The notes below the pieces were generated by a model. The model did not search any database. It was not told the origin of the DNA and saw nothing but the letters and a program-made list of their open reading frames with translations. Positions 33,201 to 48,200 of a DNA stretch of 64,000 nt are shown piece by piece. Numbering within the stretch: the first letter of the stretch is position 1; every line of letters begins with the position of its first letter. This DNA comes from Okamejei kenojei (Eukaryota): assembly GCA_035221665.1 (NCBI GenBank), contig CM069140.1, forward strand, positions 14,508,001-14,572,000, given 5' to 3'. A program made the translations under genes and the position numbers.

Positions 33201-36200
33201 AAGGCAATTGAAATAATTGTACCAATACTGTACATTTAGTGATCTTGCACACTGCCTCCTCCCTCCACTGTCAGAAGACAGAGAATATTGCCACAGCAAC
33301 ACTCAAGAAATGCATGACAGCAACACAGCGCTTTGACATCAAATTCTTCAGTGTTTGACCCATAAAGTGCTGCTTTCATTATTGGCCCCATCCAAAGAGT
33401 GCTCAGTCTTCTACATGTAGATCAATGACATACTCTATTGCTTCCAAATCCTTCATTTACTCAGTTAATTAAATATCTTGTCCAATGTCTAGTTTGTAAT
33501 GTGTCATCCCTTCATCCAACTAAGGGTATTCACTTTCTTTGACTGTTACTCAATATCATACTACCGATTCCATTTCCTGTCAATGGCTGGCTTAGTTTGG
33601 TCAGCACAGAGGCACAGCGGAATTACAGCTGCTCGCTCAGTGCCGGAGACCTGGGTTTAATTCAGCACAAATAATGTCTGCGTGGGATTTCTATGTGACT
33701 GCATGGGTTTCCTCCAGGTGCTCCAGTTTCCTCCCACATACCAAAGACGTGCGGTTCTGTAGGTTTATTGCCCTCTGTAAATTGCCTCTACTGTGGAGGG
33801 AGTGGGATACATAGAATTGGTGTGAACGGGTGATCGATGGTCGGCATCGACACGGTGGGCCGAAGGGGCTGTTTCCATGCTGCATTTTTCAATCAATCTA
33901 GTTAGTCTCACAGCCAGTAATTCCCTCCAGCACCAGAGTAACATGGCTAGAATGTGCAAACTCTGCTGCAGTGACTTGCTCAGGCTGGTACAGTCTAATT
34001 CGGTTGAAGGCCTTTGTCCATGCAACAGAAAATCTATCTAACCCCTATCTGAGCCCTTGCCATCAATAAATTTGTCTCCATTAATATCCTGCAGTCTACC
34101 AGTGACAAGAAACTGAACTGAAGTTGTCATACACACAATGTGGCCACAAGAGCAGGTCAAAACCCATGAGACAAGAATCTCACCTCCTCACTCCCCAAAT
34201 GCTGTCCACTTTCCACAAGGCTCGTCAGGAATGCGATTGAATACTCTTCACTTTCCTAGAGGTCAGTCTGGGCAAGTTGAGCCATAGGGCCTTTTTCCAA
34301 TGCTTTCTGACTCTATGGATGCAGTTTCAGCAACACTCAATGAGCTTGACTCTATATACAGTGGCTTGCAAAAGTATTCATACCCCTTGAACTTTTCCAC
34401 ATTTTGTCACGTTACAACCACAAACGTAAATGTATTTTATTGGGATTTTATGTGATAGACCAACACAAAGTGGTGCATCATTGTGAAGTGAAAGGAAAAT
34501 GATACATGGTTTCCAGATTTTATTACAAATAAAAAAACTGAAAAGTGTGGCATGCAAAAGTATTCAGCCCCCGAGTCAATACTTTGTAGAACCACCTTTC
34601 GCTGCAATTACAGCTGCAAGTCTTTTGGGGTATGTCTCTACCAGCTTTGCTCATCTAGAGACTGAAATTTTTGCCCATTTTTCTTTGCAAAATAGCTCAA
34701 GCTCAGTCAGGTTGGATGGAGAGCATCTGTGAACAGCAATTTTCAAGTCTTGCCTGAGATTCTCAATTGGATTTAGGTCTGGACTTTGACTGGGCCATTC
34801 TAACACATGAATATACTTTGATCTAAACCATTCCATTGTAGCTCTGGCTGTATGTTTAGAGTCGTTGTCCTGCTGGAAGATGAACCTCCGCCCCAGTCTC
34901 AAGTCTTTTGCAGACTCTTAACAGGTTTTCTTCCAAGATTGCCCTGTATTTGGCTCCATCCATCTTCCCATCAACTCTGACCAGCTTCCTGTCCCTGCTG
35001 AAGAAAAGCATCCCCACAGCATGATGCTGCCACCACCATGTTTCACAGTGGGGATGGTGTGTTCAGGGTGATGTGCAGTGTTAGTTTTCCGCTACACATA
35101 GCGTTTTGCATTTAGGCCAAAAACTTCAATGTTGGTCTCATCAGACCAGAGCACCTTCCTCCACATGTTTGCTGTGTCCCCCACATGGCTTGTGGCAAAC
35201 TGCAAACGGGACTTCTTATGGCTTTGTTTCAACAATGGCTTTCTTCTTGCCACTCTTCCATAAAGGCCCGATTTGTGGAGTGCACAACCAATAGTTGTCC
35301 TATGGACAGATTCTCCCACCTGAGCTAGTGGATCTCTGCAGCTCCTCAGAGTTACCATGGGCCTCTTGGCTGCTTCTCTGATCAATGCTCTCCTTGCCCG
35401 GCCTGTCAGTTTAGGTGGACGGCCATGTCTTGGTAGGTTTGCAGTTGTGCCATACTCTTTCCATTTTTGGATGATGGATTGAACAGTGCTCCGTGAGATG
35501 TTCAAAGCTTGGGATATTTTTTATAACCTAACCCTGCTTTAAACTTCTCCACAACTTTATCCCTGACCTGTCTGGTGTGTTCCTTGGGCTTCATGATGCT
35601 GTTTGTTCACTAATGTTCTCTAACAAACCTCTGAGGCATTTACAGAACAACTGTATTTATACTGAGATTAGATTACACACAAGTGGACTCTATTTACTAA
35701 TTAGGTGACTTCTGAAGGCAATTGGTTGCACTGGATTTTATTTAAGGGTATCAGAGGGCTGAATACTTTTGCACGCCACACTTTTCAGTTTTTTTATTTG
35801 TAAAAAAATTTGAAAACCATGTATCATTTTCCTTCCACTTCACAATTATGCGCCACTTTGTGTTGGTCTATCACATAAAATCCCAATAAAATACATTTAT
35901 GTTTGTGGTTGTAACGTAACAAAATGTGGAAAAGTTCAAGGGGTATGAATACTTTTGCAAGCCACTGTAGTACATAGTGGTAGGTACCTGGAATGTGTTA
36001 CCAAAGGTCGATGAGGCAGGTATAATTATGACATTTGCAAACCACTTGGATTGGTACATGGATTGGAAAGATTTAGAGAGATCCAAAGGCCAAAAAGGTC
36101 AAGACTAGATGGGGCCCCATGATCAACATGGGACGAGTGAAGCTAATGTACTTCTTTCTGTGCTATATGTCTCTTATAGAAGGAATTTTTTGATGAAAAT

Positions 36201-39200
36201 TGTATAATTTTGTTTAGAGATACAGTGCAGAAACAGGCCCTTCGGCCCACCGGGTCTGCGCCGACCAGCGATCCCCACATATTAACAATATCCTACACAC
36301 ACTAGGGACATTTTTGTTTTTTCCATTCATCAAGCCAATCAACCTACAAACCTGTACGTCTTTGGAGTGTGGGAGGAAACCGAAGATCTCGGAGAAATCC
36401 CACGCAAGTCAAGGGGAGAACACACAAACTCCGTACAGACAGCACCCATAGTCGGGATCGAACCTGGTGCTGTATGGCAGCAACTCTACCGCTGCACCAC
36501 GTTTTAATCTAATTTAAAATATCACAAATTTCTTTCCCCGTAAATTTCAAATATTAAACTGAGAAATTTCAAATCAAGCAGATATTTGACTTACTTCTGC
36601 CAGACCTTTTCTCCCAAATGAACACTTCTGTAATGAACACTCAGGTGATCCCTACGGCCAAAGCATTTTCCACATTCTTCACATTGATGAGCTTTTTCTC
36701 CTTTTGAGAAAAAGTTATAAAATGATTACTATATAGAAATAGATCCCAGGTAATACAACTGCATTTCTTCGAAGCAATGACCAAATGCTTATAGCAAAAC
36801 AACTACATTTATTTTACATTTTGTGAAATTAGTCCAGTAACAAAAATATTCATGCAAATCTAAGGTCTCCAAGTGAAATCATACAGTGCAGGAATTAGAC
36901 ATTTTAAAATTTAACATGGCTAAGGTGAGAAAAATGTAACATTAGTGATTTAGAACATTACCTCTAATAATTTATAGGTAGGACGGAAAAAAAACTGGAA
37001 ACATTCAGAAATCAAGCTAACAACCACAAAGGTACAGGGGGAGCCACAAAGGCATTAATTTCTCCAGCCACTTTACCTGAATGGGTTTTTCTATGTTTGG
37101 CGAGATGGTCATGGCGAATAAAGGTTTTCCCACATTCTTCACATTCATAGCGTTTGTCATCATGATGCACACGGAGATGTAATCTAGTAACAAAACATAA
37201 GATTACAAAGATGTTCAAATAGCATCTCTTGCTACTCAAAATCAACACCACTGCGGTGCAGCGGTAGAGTTGCTCCCCTGTACGGCGCCAGAGACTTGGG
37301 GTTCACTCCTGACTACGGGTGCTGCCTGTACGGAGTTTGTGCATTCTCCCTGTGAACGCATGGGTTTTCTCAGGGTGCTCCGGTTTCCTCCCTCGCTCCA
37401 AAGGCATCCAAGTTTGTAGGTTAATTTGCTTCAGTAAAATTGGAAACACTGTCCATAGTGTTAGTGTACGGGTGGTGAGGGGGGGCGGGGGGAAGGGGGG
37501 GGGGTAAAGAAATAAAATGGCTGGTTGGTGCGGACTCGGTTGGCCGAACGACGTGTTTCCGCGCTGTATCTCTAAAGTAAATTTTATACAGGATGTCTCA
37601 AGCATAAAAAGTGAAAATTTTAACTTGCTATTTAACTATAGTGCCCTCCATAATGTTTGGGACAAAGACCCATCCTTCATTTAATTGCCTCTGTACTCCA
37701 CAATTTGAGATTTGTAATAGAAATAAAAAAAAATCACATGTGGTTAAAGTGCATATTGTCAGATTTTAATAAAGGCCATTTTTATACATTTTGGTTCCAC
37801 TATGTAGAAATTACAGCAGTATTTATACATAGTCCCCCCATTTCAGGGGCACCATAATGTTTGACACAGCAATGTCACGTAAATAAAAGTAGTGATGTTT
37901 AGCACTTTGTTGCATATCCTTTGCATGCAATGACCGCTTGAAGTCTGTGATTCTTCGACATCACCAGTTGCTGGGTGTCTTCTCTGGTGATGCTCTGCCA
38001 GGCCTGCATTGCAGCCATCTTTAGCTTATGCTTGTTTTGGGGCCTAGTCTCCTTCAGTTTTCTCTGCAGCATATAAAAGGCATGCTCAATTGGGTTCAGA
38101 TCGGATGATTGACTTGGCCACTCAAAAAATGACAATTTTTTAGCTTTGAAAAGCTCCTTTGTTGCTTTAGCAGTATGTTTGGGATCATTGTTTTGCTGTA
38201 TGAATGAACCGCCGGACAATGTTTTGAGGCATTTGTTTGAACTTGAGCAGATAGGATGCGTCTATACACTTCAGAATCCATTATGCTACTAGCATCAGCA
38301 GTTGTATCATCAATGAAGATAAGTGAGCCAATATGTTCAGCAGCCATATATGCCCAGGCCAATACACCCCCACCACTGTGTTTCATAGACGAGGTGGTAT
38401 GCTTTGGATCTTGGGCAGTTCCTTTTCTCCTCCATACTTTGCTCTTGCCATCACTCTGATACAAGTTGATCTTCGTCTCATCTGTCCACAAGACCTTTTT
38501 TCAGAACTGTGGTTGCTCTTTTATGTACTTCTCGGCAAACTGTAACCTGGCCATCCTATTTTTGTGGCTAACCAGTGGTTTGCATCTTGCAGTGTAGCCT
38601 CTGTATTGCTGTTCATGAAGTCCTCTGCGGACAGTGGTCATTGACAAATCCACACCCGACTCCTGAAGAGTGTTTCTGATCTGTTGGGCAGGTGTTTGAG
38701 GATTTTTCTTTATTATAGAGAGAATTCTTCTGTCATCAGCTGTGGAGGTCTCCCTTGGCCTGCCAGTCCCTTTGTGATTAGTAAGCTCACCCGTGCTCTC
38801 TCTCTCTCTTCTTAATGATGTTCCAAACAGTTGATTTTGTTACGCCTAGGGTTTGGCTGATGTCTATCATTTTTATTCTTGTTTCTCAGTCTCATAATGG
38901 CTTCTTTGACTTTCATTGGCACAACTTTGGTCCTCATGTTGATAAACAGCAATGAAAGTTTCCAAAGGTGATGGAAAGACTAGGAGTTGAGAGCTCTCTT
39001 TATCTGTATTAAGGAGGCAATTAAACACACCTAAGCAATTACAAACATCTGTTAAGCCATGTGTCCCAAACATTATGGTGCCCTGAAATGGGAGGACTAT
39101 GTATAAACACAGCTGTAATGTCTACATGGTGAAACCAAAATGTATAAAAATACTCTTTAATAAAATCTGGCAATGTGCACTTTAACCACGCGTGATTTCT

Positions 39201-42200
39201 TTCTATCAAATCTCAAATTGTGGAGTACAGAGGCAAATAAATAAATGATGGGTCTTTCTCCCGAACATTATGGAGGGCACTGTAATTAAAGGTCACAATA
39301 ACTTAAATAAATCCGTTTGAGGCTATAATCAGCACAGTCTTAGTGCTTTTACCTGTATGAACTGCCATGACGGAAACTCTGTCCACAAATGCTGCAAAGA
39401 TGTGGCTTTTCCCCACTGTGGATCCGAAGATGCTCTTTTAATGTGGTTCTGTTTTTAAAAATAAAATGAGCATTACTTCTGGGTTTTGTCAAATAAGAGA
39501 AAGTTTTCAAATTGCCAAAAACAGAATACGTTATCAAAATTACTTCAACTTTGTCTCATGCAAGATGACAAAAAAAACGCTTTGTGCTCAAGTCAATTCA
39601 TAAATTAGTTAGTTACAAAATATTTAGAAACAGCTTCCATAGCAGATCCTTTTACCTTTCCCTGACAGACTTTCCACAAATAAAACAAGTCCACTTTCTT
39701 TTCCCTCCATGAGTGCATTCAATGTGTCGTTTGAGATTTCCTGTGTCGTTAAACTGCCGACCGCAAATATCGCACGGGAAAGGCCCTGAAAGAGTGACAA
39801 ACTTTATGTTACAGTCATTGTCCAAAGCTCAATGCACCAAAAAAGTTAAAACTAGTTTCCAATCATCAAATTCATAAATAAAAATTGGTCCCCAGATCGA
39901 AGACTAGGTGCAATGCCTCAACCTGAACTCAATATTTTTACAGTGCAACACAAATTTCATCAATAAATTTTACAAGATGTTTATAACGGTGTTTTAGTTA
40001 AAGAACAATTAACATTTATTTTAAATACTGATTAACCGTCAATGTTTAAATACCTAATATTGCTGTGACACCCAGGGGAAATCTGAGAATAGGCAAATAT
40101 TTTGTGATTTTCTCTAACTGTAGTTTTAGAACTTCTGCCTTATTAATCTAGACTTACGCCCACAATTTGCTTTGAACCCCAGTCAGAATTTCATTTTGCC
40201 ATTGGAAGTAATTTCAAGCAAAACATCCTTCCTCAAGCTGTTTTGCCTACTTTTTCTGCTCCACAGTTATGTTGCTCACTTTCATCGCATACCTCCCACC
40301 CAGCTGGTTAGAAATCTCCCTTAGATTTCCCGATTAAGCACCAAAAATTAATGGCAGAACAAGCTAAAGGGGAAGAGTCTACTATTAAATAAATATACCA
40401 ATGCTCCCGTCACTCTTAATAAACAAGGGAAATGAGGAAAACAAATTGCAGTAACTCTAATCATCCGAATCCTCTTCTCACTTATTATTTCACAGACAGA
40501 AAGTCTGTGAAAGAATCTATCTATGCAATATTATACACATGGGCCTACATTTCAGTTGTGCAGGAAGGAACTGCCGATCCTGGTTTAAACCGAAGATGGA
40601 CACAAAAAGCTGAACTAACTCAGCGGGTCAGACATCACATCTGGGGAAAAGGAATGTGATGTTTCAGGTTGAAACTTCTTCTTCAGACTCAGTCACCTAT
40701 TCCTTCTCTCCAGAGATGCTATCAAACCCGCTGAGTCACTCCAGCTTTTTGTGTCTATCCTGCATTTCAGTTGTTGTGACCGTTAAACTATCACTGTTGT
40801 TGCACCATGGAACACACAACATAATTACATGCGGAAATCCAAAGATGCAATTAATGATTCAACACTGCTCCACGTCTCACACTATTCTGCAGCCTCCTCC
40901 ACTGTAATCAAATTAAATCAATAGTTAAGGCAAAATAACTTATTACCTTCTGTATATTAACCTGAGAGCATAGCTGAGTTTATTATTGTCATATGTACCG
41001 AGGTACAGTGAAAAGCTTTTATGTGCATGCTTTCCAGTTAAAGAAGAGCGTATACATGAGTTCAATGAAGCAGTCCACAATGCACCGATAAAGGACAATG
41101 GGTGCAACATTTAGTACAAAGATATAACATTGTTGCTCGAGGTTGAAGTGAACTTAGCAAACTTGTTTCCTATAAAGAACCTAATTTTAATAATGCCATC
41201 AAATACTTCAAAATATCTCTACAGGATTTTTTAAACAATGCTTATTCACAATATTTTGCCTGCCATCCTGGGTTTAACTGAATTTCTCAACTTTTACTAT
41301 TTGTTCTGCAATATGGTTTAAACTAACAGCTAAAATTACGTTTGATTCCCAATTTTCTGGCTGATTGGGCTGCTTCTAGCCGATTCGTTCCAGAGCAATA
41401 ACAGATGATGTTACCTCATCAATTACTGCAAAATTCAGGTCATTGAAAGAAAGAGAAAAGGAGAGAAATTTAATTTAAAAAGGAAAGAACGGCTCAGATG
41501 AAGAGACATCTTTCATTACTAACTTCTAGAAGGCATGTGAAAAATGTTACTTAAGGTCAATGCAGCAGCATAAAACTATAACTGAATGACATTATCCAAG
41601 ACTGAAAAGTACCTACAATTAAGATTAGAATTACTATTGAATGTAATGAATCATCCTGCAAGATGAAGCAGCTAAAAGGTGTTCTTTTTGGTGTGTTAAA
41701 CATCCGAATCAGATCGTTCTATTCTTACGCATGTCTTATTAAAAAAATGTTTGCATTAAGTACAAGGTCCTTTAGATTTTAATAGAAATTTATGTGCCGC
41801 CGACCGTTTTTTTAAAAAATAAGCGTTCGCATGCTGTCTTCCGTTTTACTGATTGAAAAGCTTACACATTTAGCTCAAAGAAGCTACCCTGTTGAATTTT
41901 TAGCATTCATTAAAAATGTAGATTAAATAATGCATTTCACTTCTCCCTGATGTCTCATCGCAGTTTATCACTAATATGTTAAAAGTACAGCTACTTCTCG
42001 TTGTACAGCCAAGTGCAACTGCATTTACTTCCAGCCAGATTCATCAAAATAAAGCACAAACGGCACAACTAAAAGACTTCTTCCTGCCTTTACATTGACT
42101 TAAAAACAGGCAAATAAGATTTTGGCCGAGTATCTCTCTGAAAAAGGGAGCTCAATAAATGTACCACTCCCACAATATTGCACTCAGGCAATTCTCAGAG

Positions 42201-45200
42201 CAGGTGCCTACATTCACTGCGGGGCTTGAGTCCACAATAACCCGAATCACGGGTTGACAATTCTACCAAACTGACAGTAATATTCATAAAATGTACCTGG
42301 CAGCATAAACTATATTTGTGTCCGCCTAATTTTACTCTATACTCCACTTTCCAAAACCCATACAACTTAAATAATTAAGCTTTTATGAATCTTTCTTTTG
42401 CCTATGTTTTATCTCATGGTTCACATTTCTAGTTAACAATAAATGTGTTGTTCACTCGAACCACTGTGCAGATTTAATGTGATATTCCAAATGAGTATAT
42501 AGTGCAGCACATTTAATCAAGGAAACACATCATCACACATGGGTATCAGTTGACTACCAGTCCAAGAACATGCAGAGGGTGTTTCGATGAAGTTATGCTT
42601 AAGTACTTGATTTTACAACATTAAAGGGTGAAATCAAACCAAGAATGTCACACAACCAAACTGAAATTGTAGCAGTATACTGTATAACAACAAGAACAGC
42701 ATTCAGACTGAACCAAAAAACCAAGACGATAATTGATGATCAGTAATGCAATCAAAATAAGCTCTGAATGAAATAACATACATTGTTAAAATAAAAAAAA
42801 TCCAAAACATATGGACTTCTGCTTACCCAGATGAAACTTTTCCTGATGCTTAAGCCTTGCAAATCTTGATTTGAAATGCTCCTCACAATAACTACATTTA
42901 AATGGTTTATCCTGTGTGTGAAGAATCATATGCTCCTCAAGATGAGGTCTCCGTGTGAATGTTTTGTTACATACCTACGGCCAAAACAAAAACACTCAAA
43001 AATCATTTGAGTTCCAAAACTTCAAATACTGCAATATAATGGCAGGGTAAGAGCAGTTTAAAGACAGCTGCCACTTTACACATTTTACTTTGATAAGCGA
43101 GTTTGTGGGAGAGGTCTGGATGGAGAAATGGAAAATAACTTACATCACATCTCCATGCTTCGCTCTTCTTTTTCCTGGCAGCAAAAAACTCCTGGACATT
43201 ATCTGGATGGAACCTGTAAATATTCCCAAATCAATGCGTAACGTTGCAAAGCACAATTAAAGATGAAAGCATGCTTGAAGCAAACAATTTTTACCTCTTC
43301 ACAGAGAATGCATTCTAGCAAATCTGAAATCATTCAATACAATTTAAAAAATTCTAATCTGTGCACCATCAGCGTTTAGTCACTGATTAATTTTAGTTTC
43401 CTTCAGTGGTGTGATTAATAATATAAAAAATGTTCAGACCTTCGTTTCACCAACTATAATTTAGATTATACTTCAATTGCAATTTCATTCCTCATCATAG
43501 CAAGGCAATTCTAAGACAGCAGGATACACACATCTTCTGTTATTCATTACTGCTATAAAATAAAAGCTCCGTTTATACTGTGTGTGACAATTTTGTTCAC
43601 CAATTTGCTTGCAAAATTAGCAATGAAAAAATATGCAGGCAGTATTTCGTTTGAAAACGTATTTTTATTTATTTCAAACCTCTTAGCAAAATACGTACTA
43701 TTTCTTTTTTGGCAAAGCTAAAGAAACTTGATGGGCCCAATCTTGCAGGCTAACACCCCCAGTTGCAAACAAAAACTGCTGGCGTTTATCCACCACAGGT
43801 TCGGGTGTTCTGCAAACACATCATCAATAGCAATAGTCCCAGAGCTCAGAGTATGATGCAGAACCTTTCCATTTGACCATTGTTAAGACTCCACGTGGAA
43901 TCAAATTATAAAATCCAATCTTGATAAAATTCTCCAACATTTACACTGGGGAAGTTGCCTCCTGCGATAGTTTAGTGTTGCGGGTAGGAAACAATGGGAA
44001 AGGGAATTTCCAAATTTAAAATTGAATTTAATTATTTTTAAATATTACGATTTTGTGTTTTTTTAGATTGGTCTATCTTTTCTGACTTTCGCTGCTTAAT
44101 TTTTTTCTTTTTTTAATATCAGTTTTAAATATCTCTGCATTTCACAAATTGATAGATGACATTGAGAGTTATTACAACAACACAGTTGACGTTTATGTTC
44201 TGCCACAAGGCTCTGCTTACAAGGTTAATTCCCGGGATGGTGGGACTGTCATGTGCTCAGAGAATGGAGCAGCTGGGCTTGTACACTCTGGAGTTTAGAA
44301 GGATGAGAGGGCATCTCATTGAAACCTATAAGATTGTTAAGGGTTTGGACACGCTAGAGGCAGGAAACATGTTCCCGATGTTGGGGGAGTCCAGAACCAG
44401 GGGCCACAGTTTTTTGTGTACCCTCGATTTTCCAGCATCTGCAGTGCCATCATTAACAACACAGTTTAAGAATAAGGAGTGAGCCATTTAGAACAGAGAC
44501 AAGAAAACACTTTTTCTCACAGAGAGTGGTGAGTCTGTGGAATTCTCTGCCTCAGAGGGCAGTGGAGGCCGGTTCTCTGGATGCTTTCAAGTGAGAGCTA
44601 GATAGGGCTCTTAAAAATAGCGGAGTCAGGGGGTATGGGGAGAAGGCAGGAACGGGTTACTGATTGGGGATGATCAGTCATGATCAGCCTACTCCTGCAC
44701 CTATTGCCACCTGTGAAAGCTCTCATAGGTTTTAAGGCTGTAACTTTTTGAAGACATTTACAAAAATGATAGAGTAAGAGAACAGAATATTTGACCCAAT
44801 TATCATCCTTGCTGACCACGTACCCACTTAAGCTAGTCTTATTTACCCACATTTCATCCATATCTCTCTAAACGTTTCCGACCCATATTACACAGGGAAA
44901 ACATACAAACTCCACACTGACAGCTCCCAAGGTCAGGTTCAAATCAATACTCTCTGGACCTGTGAGGCAGCAGATCTACCAGCTGCAATTATAGGATAGA
45001 TATGATCAAAACAGAACAATCACCTTTGTCAAATCAAATACAATTCCTCTACCAACAGTATGCTAAAAACAAGGACATACAAACATTATAATATGATTCA
45101 GGCAACGGTTTTACATACCGCTTCACATGCTTTGCTAATGTTTTTTTGCTTGCATGCAGCTTGTTGCAAAATGGACATTTTTGCTCCTTTCTCTGAAACG

Positions 45201-48200
45201 CAGCTTGAGCATTGTGCTTCTTCCTGTGAGCAGTTAAGTTGGATTTGGTAGAGTAACGCTGATTACAAATGTCACATTCAAAAGGTTTTTCCCCTGTGTG
45301 CACACGCGTATGGCACTCATATTTTCCTGAAAAAATCCAAGATGCGATTAGACAAAGTTAAGACACAAAATAAAGTTACAGAGAGTTTACAGGCAGGTTT
45401 ACTGTTAAAATGAAAAGTACACAGAGTGCTGGAGTAACTCAGCGGGTCAGGCAGCATCTTTGGAGAACATATATGGATAGGTGACGTTTAGAGTCGGGAC
45501 CCTTCTTAAGACTAATTGTGGTAGTGTGGGGGGGGGGGGGGGGGGGAGAATAAGCAGGAAAATATGTGGGGCAGGGCAAAGTGATAGGTAGATATAGGTG
45601 AGGTGATCTTTTGATTGGCAGGTGGTTGGCCAAAACCAGAAATGAAAAGTCGAAATGTGTAAGATAAGTGTACAAGGGGCGAGAATTCTGAAACTAGTGG
45701 AAGGTATAGAGGTGGAAGGGGATGTGAGAACAGGGAAGGGAGAAAGGGAGAAATGGGTGCATCGAGAGGGGACAGGGAAGCGAAGGGGAAAAAGTGGGGG
45801 GAGAAAAGGAATGGTGTTTGTAGGTCAGTTACTGAAAATTGGAGAATTCAATGTTCTGCTGTTGCAAGTAAAAATGTCATTATCCCGTTTCAAAACTTAT
45901 GACAATTAAACACTATTGACTCATTTGGACAGCTGTACACAAAAGTATGCAACACAATGGAGAACAGATTCACTTAAAAAAAAAAAAAAATCTTTAAGCC
46001 ATTAATTGTCAATCTCCTACATACAACCATAAAGGGATGCAGACATTTCTTCATAAAAAACATAAAAGCACGACACATGCAGTAATTCTCTGCAAACCAG
46101 AAACAGTATTTAAAACAGCAAGTGCTGGAGGAACTCAGAGTCAGGTAGCATCTGTGCAGGGAATGGACAGCTGGTGTTTCAGGTCGGGAGCCTTCTTCAG
46201 ACCAGGCTTGCCTAACCTCACACATTTGAAGTAGTAACCAAAATGGTTGGTGAGGTTGAGGGCAAAGCCATAGATATTGTCTATATGCACTTCAGCAATG
46301 GAATTTGATCAAGTTCCACAAGATAGGCTGCTCAGGAAGGTTAGATCGCATGGGATCCAGGAGGAGCAAGCTGACTGGATGGACAATTAGCTTGGAAGGA
46401 AGCAGAGAGCAATGGTGGAAGGTTGTTTAATCGGACTGGGGGCCTGTGATAGTGGTGTGCCTCAGAGATCTGTTCTGGGCCCATTGCTATTTGTGTTGTA
46501 TATCAACGATTTGGATGAGAATCTAGAAGGCATGATTAGTAAGTTTGCAGATGATACGAAAGTGGGTAGACAAAAAACGCTGGAGAAACTGGGAAGGGGA
46601 GGGGAACGACGCTCCACCTCCCAGCTCTCCCACATAGGCTACTGTCTCCACCCCCCCCCCCCCCCCAACCACCTACATCAGTCTGAAGGAGGGTCTTGAC
46701 CCGAAATGTCGCCTACTCCTTTTCTCCATAGATGCTGCCTCATCCGCTGAGTTTCTCCAGCTTTTTTTGCCTACTTTCGATTTTCCCAGCATCCTTCTTA
46801 AACATACTAAAGTGGGTGGTATGGTAGATAGCTAAAATGGTTATCAAAAATCACAGCAGGAGCTAGGTCAATTGTGCAAGTGGGCTGAGGAATGGTTAAT
46901 GGAGTCTAATGCCGATAAGTGCAATGTGTTAAAATTTGGGAAGTCAAAAAAAGTAAGACCATCACAGTGAATGACAGGGTCCTGGGGAGTGTTGCAGAGC
47001 AGAGGGATGTAGGAGTACACACAAAATGCTGGAGTAACTCAGCGGGTGAGGCAACATCTCTAGAGAGAAGGAATGGGCGACGTTTCGGGTTGAGCCCCTT
47101 CGTCAGATGTAGTTAGATAGGTACGTAGTTCCTTGAACGTGGTGTCAAGACGGCTTTCAGTGCATTAGACTTCGTCAGTCAGGGTACTGTGTATAGAAAT
47201 TGGGATATTATGCTTCAGTTTAGTTTAGAAATGCACCGAGTCGACCAGCAATCCCTGTACTCTATCTCAATGCTACACACACTAGGAACAATTTTACCAA
47301 GCCAATTAGCCCACAAACTTGTCCGTCTTTGGAGTGTGGGAAGAAACTTGAAATTCCAGCCAAAACCCACACTGGGGTGTAAACTACCCAAGCAAAATAT
47401 GAGGTGCTGTTCCTCCAATTTGCGGTGAGACTCACGCTGGCCATGGAGGAGTCCCAGGACAGAAAGGTCAGATTCAGAACGGGAGGGGGAGTTGAAGTGC
47501 TGAGCCACCGGGAGATCAGGTTGGTTAATGCGAACTAAGCAGAAGTGTTGGGCGAAGCATGCGCTTGGTCTCACCGATGTAGAGCAGTTGGCACCTAGAA
47601 CAGCGGATGCAATAGATGAGGTTGGAGGAGGCGCAGGTGAACCACTGCCTCACCTGGAAAGGCTGCTTGGGTCCTTGGATGGAGTCGAGGGGGGAGGTAA
47701 TACGCCAAGTGTAGCATTTCCTGCGGTTGCAAGGGAAAGTACTGAGGAAGGGGGTGGCTTGCGTGGGAAGGGACAAAATGATCGGGGAGTTACGGAGGGA
47801 AGTCGAAAGGGGAGGAGATGGGAAGATGTGGCCAGTGGTGGGATCTGTTGGAGGTGGCCAGAGGAGGCAGGGACAAAAACAACTTTTAAAAGACATTTGA
47901 ACAGGTGCACGGGTAGGAAAGATTTAGGGGGGGGCGTCGGCCAAACCCAAGCAGGTAGAACTATTATTGATGGAGCATCTTGGTCGACATGAGCAAGTTG
48001 GGCAGAAGGGCCTGTTTCCGTGCCGCAGGACTCTATGACTCCAACTAGAGACTGGAACATGCATGGAAAATACATCTGTATTTTAGTAATGATTAGACAC
48101 GCTTCGATATCTTTTGAAGAAACAAAGTTCAAAAATGTTAGATTATATTAAGATTATATTATACATTCCTGGGATGGCAGGACTTCCATATGAAGAAAGA

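Noticed and set aside
43700-43962. Possible cassette or poison exon in a ZBTB41 intron (cgcag|GAG ... |GTACGT)
   Set aside because: Weak polypyrimidine tract, no homology; cannot be supported without RNA data
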